Position numbers and translations under genes: made by a program. A DNA stretch of 64,000 bases, taken from positions 124,006 through 188,005 of the forward strand of contig JANXCF010000005.1 in NCBI GenBank assembly GCA_025059995.1, given 5' to 3'. Shown here piece after piece: positions 25,875-34,515 of this stretch. The notes beneath the pieces were generated by a model. That model made no database searches. It worked only from the letters and a program-made list of their open reading frames with translations, and was not told the DNA's origin. Source of the stretch: Leptospiraceae bacterium. GTDB lineage: Bacteria > Spirochaetota > Leptospiria > Leptospirales > Leptonemataceae. Numbering within the stretch: position 1 is the first letter of the stretch; every line of letters begins with the position of its first letter.

Positions 25875-28625
25875 CTATTTGAGTATTTTTTCTCGTGCAA
25901 GTTTTTTTGCAAATGAAATAACTTCATTTACGTAATTTTTCTCTACTCCACCTTGAGCTAAATCCTTTTTCCCGCCGCCTTTGCCAGAAAATGCCTTGAC
26001 GCTTTGACTTAAGAGCTCACTGCAATCAATTCCTAATTCAATCAATTTTTTTGTGCAAGTAAACATAAGCGATGCCTTTTCTTTTTGCACTGAGGCGGCC
26101 AAAATTAATGCATAGGGTTCTTTTTCTTTGATTTTATCACCAAGAATTCGTAGTTCTTCTGGAGTCAGGTTCTCTTCTATAAAAGAATATAATTTGACGG
26201 AGTTCAGATTTTCGAATTGGAGATTTTTTTCTAATAAGTGTTCTAATGACTTTTCTTTTTTAAGTTCCTTTTTGAGTTTTTTTTCTATTTCTTGGAGCTG
26301 AATTTCGAATTGAATGATACGTTTTTCCAATTGGATGGAAGAATAGGGATTTGAACTCATATATTCGGTTATCTCTTCCATCGTTTCCGGTAAATTCCAG
26401 GAAAGTTGATTGGGCATTTTTTGGTTTTTGTCTTCCCATTCTTTTTTTAGTTTTTGTATTTTTTCGTAGAAATATTGTAGGGCTTTTTGGTTTGCAACGG
26501 CTTCTATCCTTCGATTGCCAGCACCAGGGCTACTTTCTTTGATGATATGAAAGTATCGTATTTCATTTGTGTTTTGAACATGGCAACCTCCACAGAACTC
26601 CATCGAATATTTACCGTTTTCTCCCATTTCGATGATCCTCACGATTTCTCCATATTTTTCACCAAAGAAAGCAAGAGCTCCTGTTTTTTTGGCTTCTTCT
26701 AAGGGTAGATGTTTGATTTTTACGTCCGCTTTGGCAAGGATGGCATCAATCACTCGCCGTTCTACTTCTTCTAACTGTTGTTCTGTTAACCTTTTGTTAT
26801 AAGAAAAATCAAAACGTAAATATTCATCCGATACCAGAGAACCCGTTTGAAAAACAGAATCTCCTAAAACATCCCTCAAGGCTTTATGCAACAAGTGGGT
26901 AGCACTATGATGATAAGTTGTGAATTTTCTTTTCTCTTCATCAATGATCAAATCTACTTCATCACCTACTTGGAATTTTCCCTTTTCTACGTGTCCAATG
27001 TGTAAGATAAGATTTCCCTTCTTTTTGGTATCAATCACTCGGAAAAGACTTTGTCTTTTTTTTATTATCCCTGTGTCTCCGATTTGTCCACCACCTTCGG
27101 GATAGAAATTGGTCCTATCTGTTATAATGATGGCGATGTCTTTTTTATCTAGTTTTGTTATGGATTGATTATTATAAATGATGGCGAGGATTTTGCTCTT
27201 TTCTCGATATTTAAAGTAACCTGTGAACTCCGTTTGTTCATTGATGAGGGGGAAATTATGAGGAAATTGAAAGTCTTTCCATTGTTGTGTTTGTTTTGAT
27301 AGTTGTTTTTGTTCCTCCATTTTTTGGTTAAAAGTTTCGATGTCTAAACTTAGTCCTTCTTTCTCAGCTAATTCACGAGTGATTTCCACAGGAAAACCAA
27401 AAGTGTCATAAAGAATAAATGCCTTTTCTCCATCAAAAACTTGTTTTTGTTCTTTTTTGTGTTCTTCTAAGAATTCTTCCCACTTTTTCATTCCTTTGTT
27501 CAAGGTTTCTAAAAAGCGTTGTTCTTCTTCATATAGTACATCTTGAACCTTTTTTCTGTGTTCTTCGAGCTCTGGGTAAAAAGAAGCATAAATTTCTACG
27601 ACCTTAGGTTGGATTTTATAAAGAATTGCTTCTGTGATCCCCAGTTGGTATGCAAATAACAGAGCTCTTCGGATTATTCGACGAATGACGTAACCTCTTC
27701 CTGTATTTTCTGGGAAAATCCCATCACTCATGGCAAAAGTAACAGAACGAACATGATCCGTTAAAACTCTCAAAGCAGATTGAGTTTGAAAAGAAAAATC
27801 CAGCTTTCGTTTGAGGATAGTTTCTATTTGTTTTTGGATTTCTTCTTTTAATGAGAGTAGTTCATCGGTTTCATAAACACTATCAGTGCCGTTGAGCAAA
27901 GCAACAATACGTTCTAGCCCAGCTCCCGTATCAATTCCCTTTTGGGGTAAAGGATGAAGATTTCCCTCTGTATCTTGAAAGTATTCATTGAAAACTAAAT
28001 TCCAGTATTCAAAGAAACGATCGCAATCATTACCAGGTTTACACGTGGCAGGATTTCCACATCCTGTTTCTGTATGACAAATATGCTCACCTCGATCAAA
28101 ATAGAGTTCTGTGCAAGGACCACAAGGACCCGAATCCCCTGCAGGACCCCACCAATTCTGCTCTTTCCCCAAACGAACGATTTTGTGTTCTGGAATTCCT
28201 ATGTGTTTATTCCAAATTTCGTAAGCTTCTTGATCTTCATGATAAACAGATACATGGATTTTTTCGGGATCAATTTCTAAAACTTTGATGGAGAATTCAT
28301 ACGCCCACTCAATGGCTTCTTTTTTGAAGTAATCTCCAAAGCTAAAATTCCCCAGCATTTCGAAAAAAGTGCAGTGTCTTGCGGTTTTTCCTACACTTTC
28401 TAAGTCTGTTGTTCTCAAGCATTTTTGAATTGTGGCTATTCGTGGGTGTGGTGGTTTTTTCGTTCCATTGAAATACTCTTTGAAGGGAACCATCCCAGCG
28501 GAAGTAAATAAAAGCGTAGGATCTTCTGCAGGTAATAAACTCGAAGAAGGAAGATGTAAATGATCTTTAGAAACAAAAAAATCAACCCAAGCTTTTCGAA
28601 GTTCTTTACAGGTAAATTTTTTCAT
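25875..28625 (-). CDS. alaS: alanine--tRNA ligase
   Basis: 'DPTLLFTSAGMVPFK', 'FFEMLGNFSFGDYFK', editing 'HSATHLLH' and 'EFCGGCHV', 'GKGGGK..AQGG'. Confidence 0.98.
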   Translation of the reverse strand: MKKFTCKELRKAWVDFFVSKDHLHLPSSSLLPAEDPTLLFTSAGMVPFKEYFNGTKKPPHPRIATIQKCLRTTDLESVGKTARHCTFFEMLGNFSFGDYFKKEAIEWAYEFSIKVLEIDPEKIHVSVYHEDQEAYEIWNKHIGIPEHKIVRLGKEQNWWGPAGDSGPCGPCTELYFDRGEHICHTETGCGNPATCKPGNDCDRFFEYWNLVFNEYFQDTEGNLHPLPQKGIDTGAGLERIVALLNGTDSVYETDELLSLKEEIQKQIETILKRKLDFSFQTQSALRVLTDHVRSVTFAMSDGIFPENTGRGYVIRRIIRRALLFAYQLGITEAILYKIQPKVVEIYASFYPELEEHRKKVQDVLYEEEQRFLETLNKGMKKWEEFLEEHKKEQKQVFDGEKAFILYDTFGFPVEITRELAEKEGLSLDIETFNQKMEEQKQLSKQTQQWKDFQFPHNFPLINEQTEFTGYFKYREKSKILAIIYNNQSITKLDKKDIAIIITDRTNFYPEGGGQIGDTGIIKKRQSLFRVIDTKKKGNLILHIGHVEKGKFQVGDEVDLIIDEEKRKFTTYHHSATHLLHKALRDVLGDSVFQTGSLVSDEYLRFDFSYNKRLTEQQLEEVERRVIDAILAKADVKIKHLPLEEAKKTGALAFFGEKYGEIVRIIEMGENGKYSMEFCGGCHVQNTNEIRYFHIIKESSPGAGNRRIEAVANQKALQYFYEKIQKLKKEWEDKNQKMPNQLSWNLPETMEEITEYMSSNPYSSIQLEKRIIQFEIQLQEIEKKLKKELKKEKSLEHLLEKNLQFENLNSVKLYSFIEENLTPEELRILGDKIKEKEPYALILAASVQKEKASLMFTCTKKLIELGIDCSELLSQSVKAFSGKGGGKKDLAQGGVEKNYVNEVISFAKKLAREKILK

Positions 28626-28798
28626 ATTTCACCTTTCATTTTTTATTTAAAATTAAAAAATCTTATGGGAATTGAAATCGAAAAAAATTTTTTTCTAATG
28701 CTTGGCAAAATTTACAGAAAATTTTTTCATGTCAAATGGAAAAGACTTCTACAGAAGATTGAATTTGACCTTTTAAAGTAAATTTTTATCTCGTCGAT

Positions 28799-29473
28799 AT
28801 GGTATTAATTCAATCTCTTCCAAAGATACCCAAAGAAATGCTAAAGAATCTCTTAGCTCAGAAAATAGAATTTCGCATAACAGGAGAAGAATTTCTTTCA
28901 AAAAGAGGTATTATTATCAGTAATCATTTGGATATTTTTGATTTATTAATTCCGTTAGTTTATTTAAAACAACCTCTTTATCTTTTGTATGACGAAAAGG
29001 CTCTTGATGGAAATTTGGTTTCTTTTGTTCAGAGATTCTCTTATTTTTATTTTTTTTCATGGATGTCAGAAGATAAGATAGAAAAGACTTTGCTTGAGCT
29101 TACTCAGAACTCTCATTTATTTGTTTTTCCTGAAAGAATGCCTACTAAAACTGGAGTAATCCAGCCCTTTGATCTTTTTGTGTTTAGCATATTACTTAGA
29201 GTTTGTCGAAAAAATGAATTGGTTTTGATACCAAGTGGGATTGATGGAACTTTTCGTTTAAGTGAACTTTCATCGCTTTGGGAACTTCTTTTTCATTTTC
29301 GTAAAATCAGGATTGATTATCATGTGGGTCAGCCTATTTCTGTGTTGGAATCAGAATCCGATGAGGCATGGCTTAAACAGGAAGTCGAAAAGCAAGTTTA
29401 TTCTTTGAGTCAACACCCGGAAAGAAGAAAAAAGGGTAGAATATTGATTAAAACATCGGCTCGAGAATTATGA
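28799..29473 (+). CDS. PlsC-like lysophospholipid acyltransferase family protein
   Basis: NHx4D 'SNHLDIFD', 'VFPE', 'IPSGIDGT', 'VGQPI'. Confidence 0.7.
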   Translation: MVLIQSLPKIPKEMLKNLLAQKIEFRITGEEFLSKRGIIISNHLDIFDLLIPLVYLKQPLYLLYDEKALDGNLVSFVQRFSYFYFFSWMSEDKIEKTLLELTQNSHLFVFPERMPTKTGVIQPFDLFVFSILLRVCRKNELVLIPSGIDGTFRLSELSSLWELLFHFRKIRIDYHVGQPISVLESESDEAWLKQEVEKQVYSLSQHPERRKKGRILIKTSAREL

Positions 29474-31237
29474 TTTGATTTGTTCTCTTCTCAAGATATC
29501 ATAGCCAGAAATCCTCAGCTCTTCTGTGAAAAATTGAATTTCTCCGAAAGAATAATTATAATGTTCAAGAATTTTTCGAAAGATTTGAATGGAAGTTTCG
29601 AATTCCTCAGGGATAACTTCATCAGCCCCTATTTCGAACAACTTTGGAACCTCAAGCACATACCGAGTTCTTGCAATGATATAGATATTGGGATTTAGTT
29701 TCTTTGCGATGGAGATAATTCTTTTCGTGCTTTGAAAGTCATTGATCACAATTACCAAGAGTTTTGCTTTTTCTATTTGGACGTGTTTCAGTAGAGCTTC
29801 GTTGGTAGCATCACCATAAAAAATAGGTTCTCCTGATTTTTTCTCATTTTGGACTGTTTTGATATTCATCTCAAGTATTACATAGGGAATGTCCATGATT
29901 TGAGCCGCTTTAGCAACATTTCTTCCGTTAATACCAAACCCTACTATTATGATATGATCTTTGATGTCGAGATGTGATGAATGTTCTTTTGCTTCAGTAC
30001 TCGAGGTTTTGAAAAATTTGCTCAAAAAGTTTCTGTTTTTTTCCGTGTTGAGTTTATTTATAAAGTTTACAAACTTATCTGATAAGTTTTGAGACTTCAA
30101 GATCAAAAAAGGTGTTAGTAGCATTGTGAAAATTGATGAAACCAAAAAGGCTTGATAGGTATAATGATCGATGATTTCTAAATTGAGGGCATTTTTTAGC
30201 ACAATAAACGAAAATTCACCGACTTGAAAGAGAGATAGACTACTGATAAATGCGATACGTAAGTTTCGATAAAAAAAAAGAATAATAAAGAAAATCACAA
30301 CTGATTTGATCAAAAAAATAAAGACCAAAAGAAACAAAACGAAGAGTAAATTCTTCAAAGAAAACAAAAAGTAAATGTCAATCAGCATTCCAATCGAAGT
30401 AAAGAAAATACTCGTAAAAATAATCTTAAAAGGAATCACATTACTCATGGATTCGAAGCTAAAAGGAGTTTCGGAAATCAAAAGTCCTGCTAAAAATGCC
30501 CCAAAAGCCAATGAAAGCCCAACTTTATAGGTCAAAAACGCAATCAGAAAACACAACGTAATGATACTCAAAACAAAAATGTCTCGATTTCGTAGTTGAA
30601 CAATTTTAACTAAAACAAAGGGAATGATGTATTTGTATAGAAGAAAGAATATCAACAAAAATAAGATCATCTTCAAAACAAACAACAAAAAACCTGTATG
30701 AAAAATCCCAATGTTGGAATAATCAAGTTGGGAGATTTCCTTCAAGAAAGGCAAAAACAACAAATAAATGATTGCAATCAAATCCTGAAAAATCAAGATG
30801 GAAATGGAGACTTTTCCATAAGGTGTGTGGATTTCGTTTTGGTCCTGAAAAATCTTTAAAACAATTGCAGTGCTACTCAAACTGATGACCATTCCCAGAA
30901 CGATACTTGTAATCAGAGGCAAAAATTGAAGAACCAAAAGCGAAATCAAAAAGGTCAAACTCACTTGCAGAAAACCAATCACAACCACATCTCTTTTGTT
31001 CTTCTGTAGCTCTTTGAACGAAAACTCTAATCCAATAGTAAATAACAAAAGAATAAGTCCAATTTCCGAAATGATTTCTATGTCTTCTGAGTTTTGTATA
31101 AATTTAAAGCCATAGGGTCCTAATAAAAAACCCGTAAAGATTAAGCCCAATATCTCTGGTAATCTCAATAAAGAAAAGATCCAAAGAACAAAGATGTTCA
31201 CAAAAAGAATCATCAGGATTTCCTGAAATATTGCCAT
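29468..31237 (-). CDS. CPA2 cation:proton antiporter with TrkA-N/KTN domain (KefC-like)
   Basis: 'GLILLLFTIGLEFS', 'SLSSTAIVLK', 'ILIFQD', 'GEFSF', 'IIVGFGING', 'FYGDAT'. Confidence 0.93.
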   Translation of the reverse strand: MAIFQEILMILFVNIFVLWIFSLLRLPEILGLIFTGFLLGPYGFKFIQNSEDIEIISEIGLILLLFTIGLEFSFKELQKNKRDVVVIGFLQVSLTFLISLLVLQFLPLITSIVLGMVISLSSTAIVLKIFQDQNEIHTPYGKVSISILIFQDLIAIIYLLFLPFLKEISQLDYSNIGIFHTGFLLFVLKMILFLLIFFLLYKYIIPFVLVKIVQLRNRDIFVLSIITLCFLIAFLTYKVGLSLAFGAFLAGLLISETPFSFESMSNVIPFKIIFTSIFFTSIGMLIDIYFLFSLKNLLFVLFLLVFIFLIKSVVIFFIILFFYRNLRIAFISSLSLFQVGEFSFIVLKNALNLEIIDHYTYQAFLVSSIFTMLLTPFLILKSQNLSDKFVNFINKLNTEKNRNFLSKFFKTSSTEAKEHSSHLDIKDHIIIVGFGINGRNVAKAAQIMDIPYVILEMNIKTVQNEKKSGEPIFYGDATNEALLKHVQIEKAKLLVIVINDFQSTKRIISIAKKLNPNIYIIARTRYVLEVPKLFEIGADEVIPEEFETSIQIFRKILEHYNYSFGEIQFFTEELRISGYDILRREQIKS

Positions 31238-31335
31238 AACAAAAGACAAGATAATCTTTAAGAAAAATTCGTAAAGATAGAATTGATTTTGAAATTCATT
31301 GACAAAAAACAATCAATATACATCCTAATCAAATT

Positions 31336-31935
31336 ATGAAATTCCATCGTTTACTTTTGATGACCATTGTTTTCGTGGTTTTCAACCATTGTGGTTATAA
31401 CGAAATCCAGATGCAGGACGAGGCGGTAAAAGCTGCCTGGGCAGAAGTTTTGAACCAATACAAACGAAGAGCTGATTTGATTCCTCAGTTGGTAAAAGTT
31501 GTAGAAGCCTTCGCAATTCAAGAAAAAGAAGTTTTGGTTCAAGTTACTGAAGCTCGTGCCAAAGTGGGAACTATACAAGCCACACCTGAGTTAATCAACA
31601 ATCCTGAGGCTTTTCGAAGATTTCAACAAGCACAAGGAGAGTTATCCAACGCCCTAAGTAGATTAATGGTAGTTGTAGAGCAGTATCCTCAACTCAAATC
31701 CGATGCGAACTTCCGGGATTTACAAGCTCAGATTGAAGGAACAGAAAATCGGATAGCTGTTGCCCGCAAACGATATATCGACTCCGTCCAAGAATATAAT
31801 ACCACCATCAGAATTTTTCCGAATGTGATTACAGCAAAGATTTTTGGTTATACAGAAAAACCCCAATTCGAAGTAGAAAACCTACAGGACATTTCAAAAC
31901 CCCCAGAAATCCAAATCAATACAAATAAAAAATGA
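31336..31935 (+). CDS. lemA: LemA family protein
   Basis: 'CGYN', 'YKRRADLIP', 'EQYPQLKS', 'EGTENRIAVAR', 'IFPN'. Confidence 0.95.
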   Translation: MKFHRLLLMTIVFVVFNHCGYNEIQMQDEAVKAAWAEVLNQYKRRADLIPQLVKVVEAFAIQEKEVLVQVTEARAKVGTIQATPELINNPEAFRRFQQAQGELSNALSRLMVVVEQYPQLKSDANFRDLQAQIEGTENRIAVARKRYIDSVQEYNTTIRIFPNVITAKIFGYTEKPQFEVENLQDISKPPEIQINTNKK

Positions 31936-32798
31936 AAAAAATTTATAAATTATATTTATCAATTTTACTTATAATCTGGAACTTCTTTTCGATTTCTTTT
32001 CTATCAGCTCAAGGTAATCAAGATTTTGTTCCCATACCGCCCTTGACTGGAAGAGTTGTCGATTTGACCAATACTTTGACAGAAACACAAATCAATCAAC
32101 TCACAAACAAACTCGAACAGATAGAGCAAACCACCAAAGCACAGGTAGTTGTGGTTTTGCTTCCTACTACAGGAATCGAAACCATTGAAGAATATTCGAT
32201 CCGATTAGCCGAAGAATGGAAAATTGGAAGAAAAGGTTATGATGATGGCTTGATTCTTTTGGTTGCAAAAGAAGATCGAAAGATTCGCCTCGAGGTGGGT
32301 TATGGCTTAGAAGGAATCATTCCTGATGCGATAGCTAAAAGAATCCTTTCCGAAGTTATCATCCCTGAATTTCGAAAAGGAAACTTCTACGAAGGGATTG
32401 ACAAAGGAATTGATGTTATCAGGCAAAGATTACAAAGTGAAGAACAAAATGTAGATTTTAATAGGTCGGATCAAGATGCTACACAAGAAGATACTGGCAA
32501 GTATTTTACGATAGTAATCATTCCCATGTTTGTTGCCTTTTTTCTGAGGTATCTTTTGGGCTTTTTGAGGTCCTTTTTGGTCACTGCCTTTGGAACCACG
32601 ATTCTTTCTTTGTTTCTTTTTGGGTTTTCTTGGGAGATTTTATTTTTGATTTTTTTGTTCTCTTTTTTGGGATCTTTAGGAGTTTTTTCTAAGGGAAGAA
32701 CTTCAGTAGGATTTTCTCGAGGTGGTTTTAGTTATGGGGGTGGATTTTCTGGAGGTGGTGGAGGTTTTGGTGGAGGTGGTGCAAGCGGTAGTTGGTAG
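31932..32798 (+). CDS. TPM domain (YgcG/DUF477) membrane protein
   Basis: 'RVVDLTNTL', 'WKIGRKG.DDG', 'EVGYGLEG', Gly-rich end 'GGGFGGGGASGSW'. Confidence 0.95.
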   Translation: MKKIYKLYLSILLIIWNFFSISFLSAQGNQDFVPIPPLTGRVVDLTNTLTETQINQLTNKLEQIEQTTKAQVVVVLLPTTGIETIEEYSIRLAEEWKIGRKGYDDGLILLVAKEDRKIRLEVGYGLEGIIPDAIAKRILSEVIIPEFRKGNFYEGIDKGIDVIRQRLQSEEQNVDFNRSDQDATQEDTGKYFTIVIIPMFVAFFLRYLLGFLRSFLVTAFGTTILSLFLFGFSWEILFLIFLFSFLGSLGVFSKGRTSVGFSRGGFSYGGGFSGGGGGFGGGGASGSW

Positions 32799-33612
32799 GA
32801 TATTGATCTTTTTGTGGGTACTTTTCGTTTTCCTTTCGTGTGATAGAAGAAAGACCATCGAAGACTATCTACCCAATCTTTTGGAATGTTATGTTTTTGG
32901 AACTTGTTCTACGGGTTCTCGCTACGGAATGATTGGAGATAGCTGGACCGATGCCTTTTTAGGGATTGAAGTAGAACAGGATTTATTCGATCAACTTACA
33001 AAGAGATATCGATATAAAATTGTTGCATCAAACGTTGGGGGATTGTCTTTGAAAGAGGAATTGGAATGGAGAAGAGGATTCATTTCTGTCATAAAAAATG
33101 CTGGACCCGAATTAGAATACATGCTCCTAAGCATAGGTGGTAATGACATTATTTTTCCTATTTCAGAGTTTCAAACTCATGGCGTAGAAAACACCATCAA
33201 GAAGCGTTTGGATCAATTCGAAGAGGACCTAAAAACCCTGATGGTTTTGGGGAATCAACTCAAGTTTACTTTGTACCAGGGAAAACCCTTAAAATGGATC
33301 ATACATGGCTATGATTTTCCTAATCCTGAAATTGAAGAATCGTGTATACTAAATGCAGTCGAAAAAGGGATGCCAAAAGAAGAAGCTATAAATTTAATCA
33401 GTAGAATTTTAAATGAGTTCAATCAACGATTGGAAGTTTTATCAAAAACAACTTTGAATTTATATTATATTGACTTGAGAGGAACCTTAGGAGGACCTCC
33501 CATTTCCAAAAAAGAATTCATGTTGGATTGTTTGCATCCGAATACACTTGGCTTTCAACTCTTGACTGATCGATATGTTCAACAATTACAATTTATTGAG
33601 AAAAATTTATAA
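32722..33612 (+). CDS. SGNH/GDSL hydrolase lipoprotein
   Basis: Lipobox 'VFLSC'; GDS, 'SIGGND', 'D.LHPN' blocks; true start uncertain, probably downstream of 32722. Confidence 0.8.
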   Translation: MVLVMGVDFLEVVEVLVEVVQAVVGRILIFLWVLFVFLSCDRRKTIEDYLPNLLECYVFGTCSTGSRYGMIGDSWTDAFLGIEVEQDLFDQLTKRYRYKIVASNVGGLSLKEELEWRRGFISVIKNAGPELEYMLLSIGGNDIIFPISEFQTHGVENTIKKRLDQFEEDLKTLMVLGNQLKFTLYQGKPLKWIIHGYDFPNPEIEESCILNAVEKGMPKEEAINLISRILNEFNQRLEVLSKTTLNLYYIDLRGTLGGPPISKKEFMLDCLHPNTLGFQLLTDRYVQQLQFIEKNL

Positions 33613-34366
33613 ACAACCTTTTTCTTTTTCAATGTTCATGTTTTTATTTCTAATCCCACATCACGTTGATTCTCAGGATTTTGTGAATTTATGGAATGAG
33701 GAGTTGTCAGCTCACAAAAGGGTAGGGGTTCTGTATCAATACCAAGAAAATAAAAACAAACCCAAAAAAGGAAAAGAGCAAAACTTGACTCTTTTTGCCG
33801 AATATCGCTTTGGATTTTATGGTTTTTTTGTTGCTTTCCCTTACACGGTAAAATGGACTCCAAACTCCCAAACAAGAGGGTATGTTGATCATATCCGACT
33901 TCAGAATAAGCTACATTTTGATTTTAAAAATTTTTCATTATTGGGAGGATTACTCATTGATTTTCCCAGAAATCACGGAATGGCTGGGGACGTTCCCAAA
34001 GATATCGGCTACATAGAGCCCTATGTGGGGTTTGACTACCGGTGGTCGAAAGTCAGACTCAAGCTATCTTTGCATTGGAACACCCAAACCAATACGGAAT
34101 TCAAAGAAAAAAGAAATCAAGAGTTTGAACGCACATGGAAGTTCCAACTTTCCGTAGGATATTCTATTCAGAAATATTGGATAGGATTGGAAAGTCAATA
34201 TCAGAAACTTTATGATCCTAAACCTTTTGAAAAAGAGCTCTACTTTGTGGGATTGGGGCTAAGTAGGTTCTTTGAGAACCATCGTTTATCGTTGGTTTAT
34301 GTTCTTCCATCGAAGCAATATGCATATCAAAGTATATGGAAGCTCCAATGGGAATTTTGGTTGTAG
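33575..34366 (+). CDS. putative outer-membrane beta-barrel protein
   Basis: Alternating aromatic/hydrophobic strands, ends 'LQWEFWL'; possible signal peptide; start uncertain. Confidence 0.55.
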   Translation: MFNNYNLLRKIYKQPFSFSMFMFLFLIPHHVDSQDFVNLWNEELSAHKRVGVLYQYQENKNKPKKGKEQNLTLFAEYRFGFYGFFVAFPYTVKWTPNSQTRGYVDHIRLQNKLHFDFKNFSLLGGLLIDFPRNHGMAGDVPKDIGYIEPYVGFDYRWSKVRLKLSLHWNTQTNTEFKEKRNQEFERTWKFQLSVGYSIQKYWIGLESQYQKLYDPKPFEKELYFVGLGLSRFFENHRLSLVYVLPSKQYAYQSIWKLQWEFWL

Positions 34367-34378
34367 AGTAAAATGAAT

Positions 34379-34397
34379 TGATGAGGTTAAATCATCA
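34379..34397. promoter_or_regulatory. perfect inverted repeat TGATGA-N7-TCATCA upstream of metE (LysR/MetR-like T-N11-A core)
   Basis: TGATGAGGTTAAATCATCA. Confidence 0.5.
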
Positions 34398-34515
34398 TCA
34401 AAAAATACTCAAACAATTTAAGAAGAGAAAATTCAAGTTTCTTAATTATTGACTCATAGAAAAGAAGCATGGTTTTGGTATAAATTATTTGTTTTGGGAA
34501 CTTAAGGAGATATTC

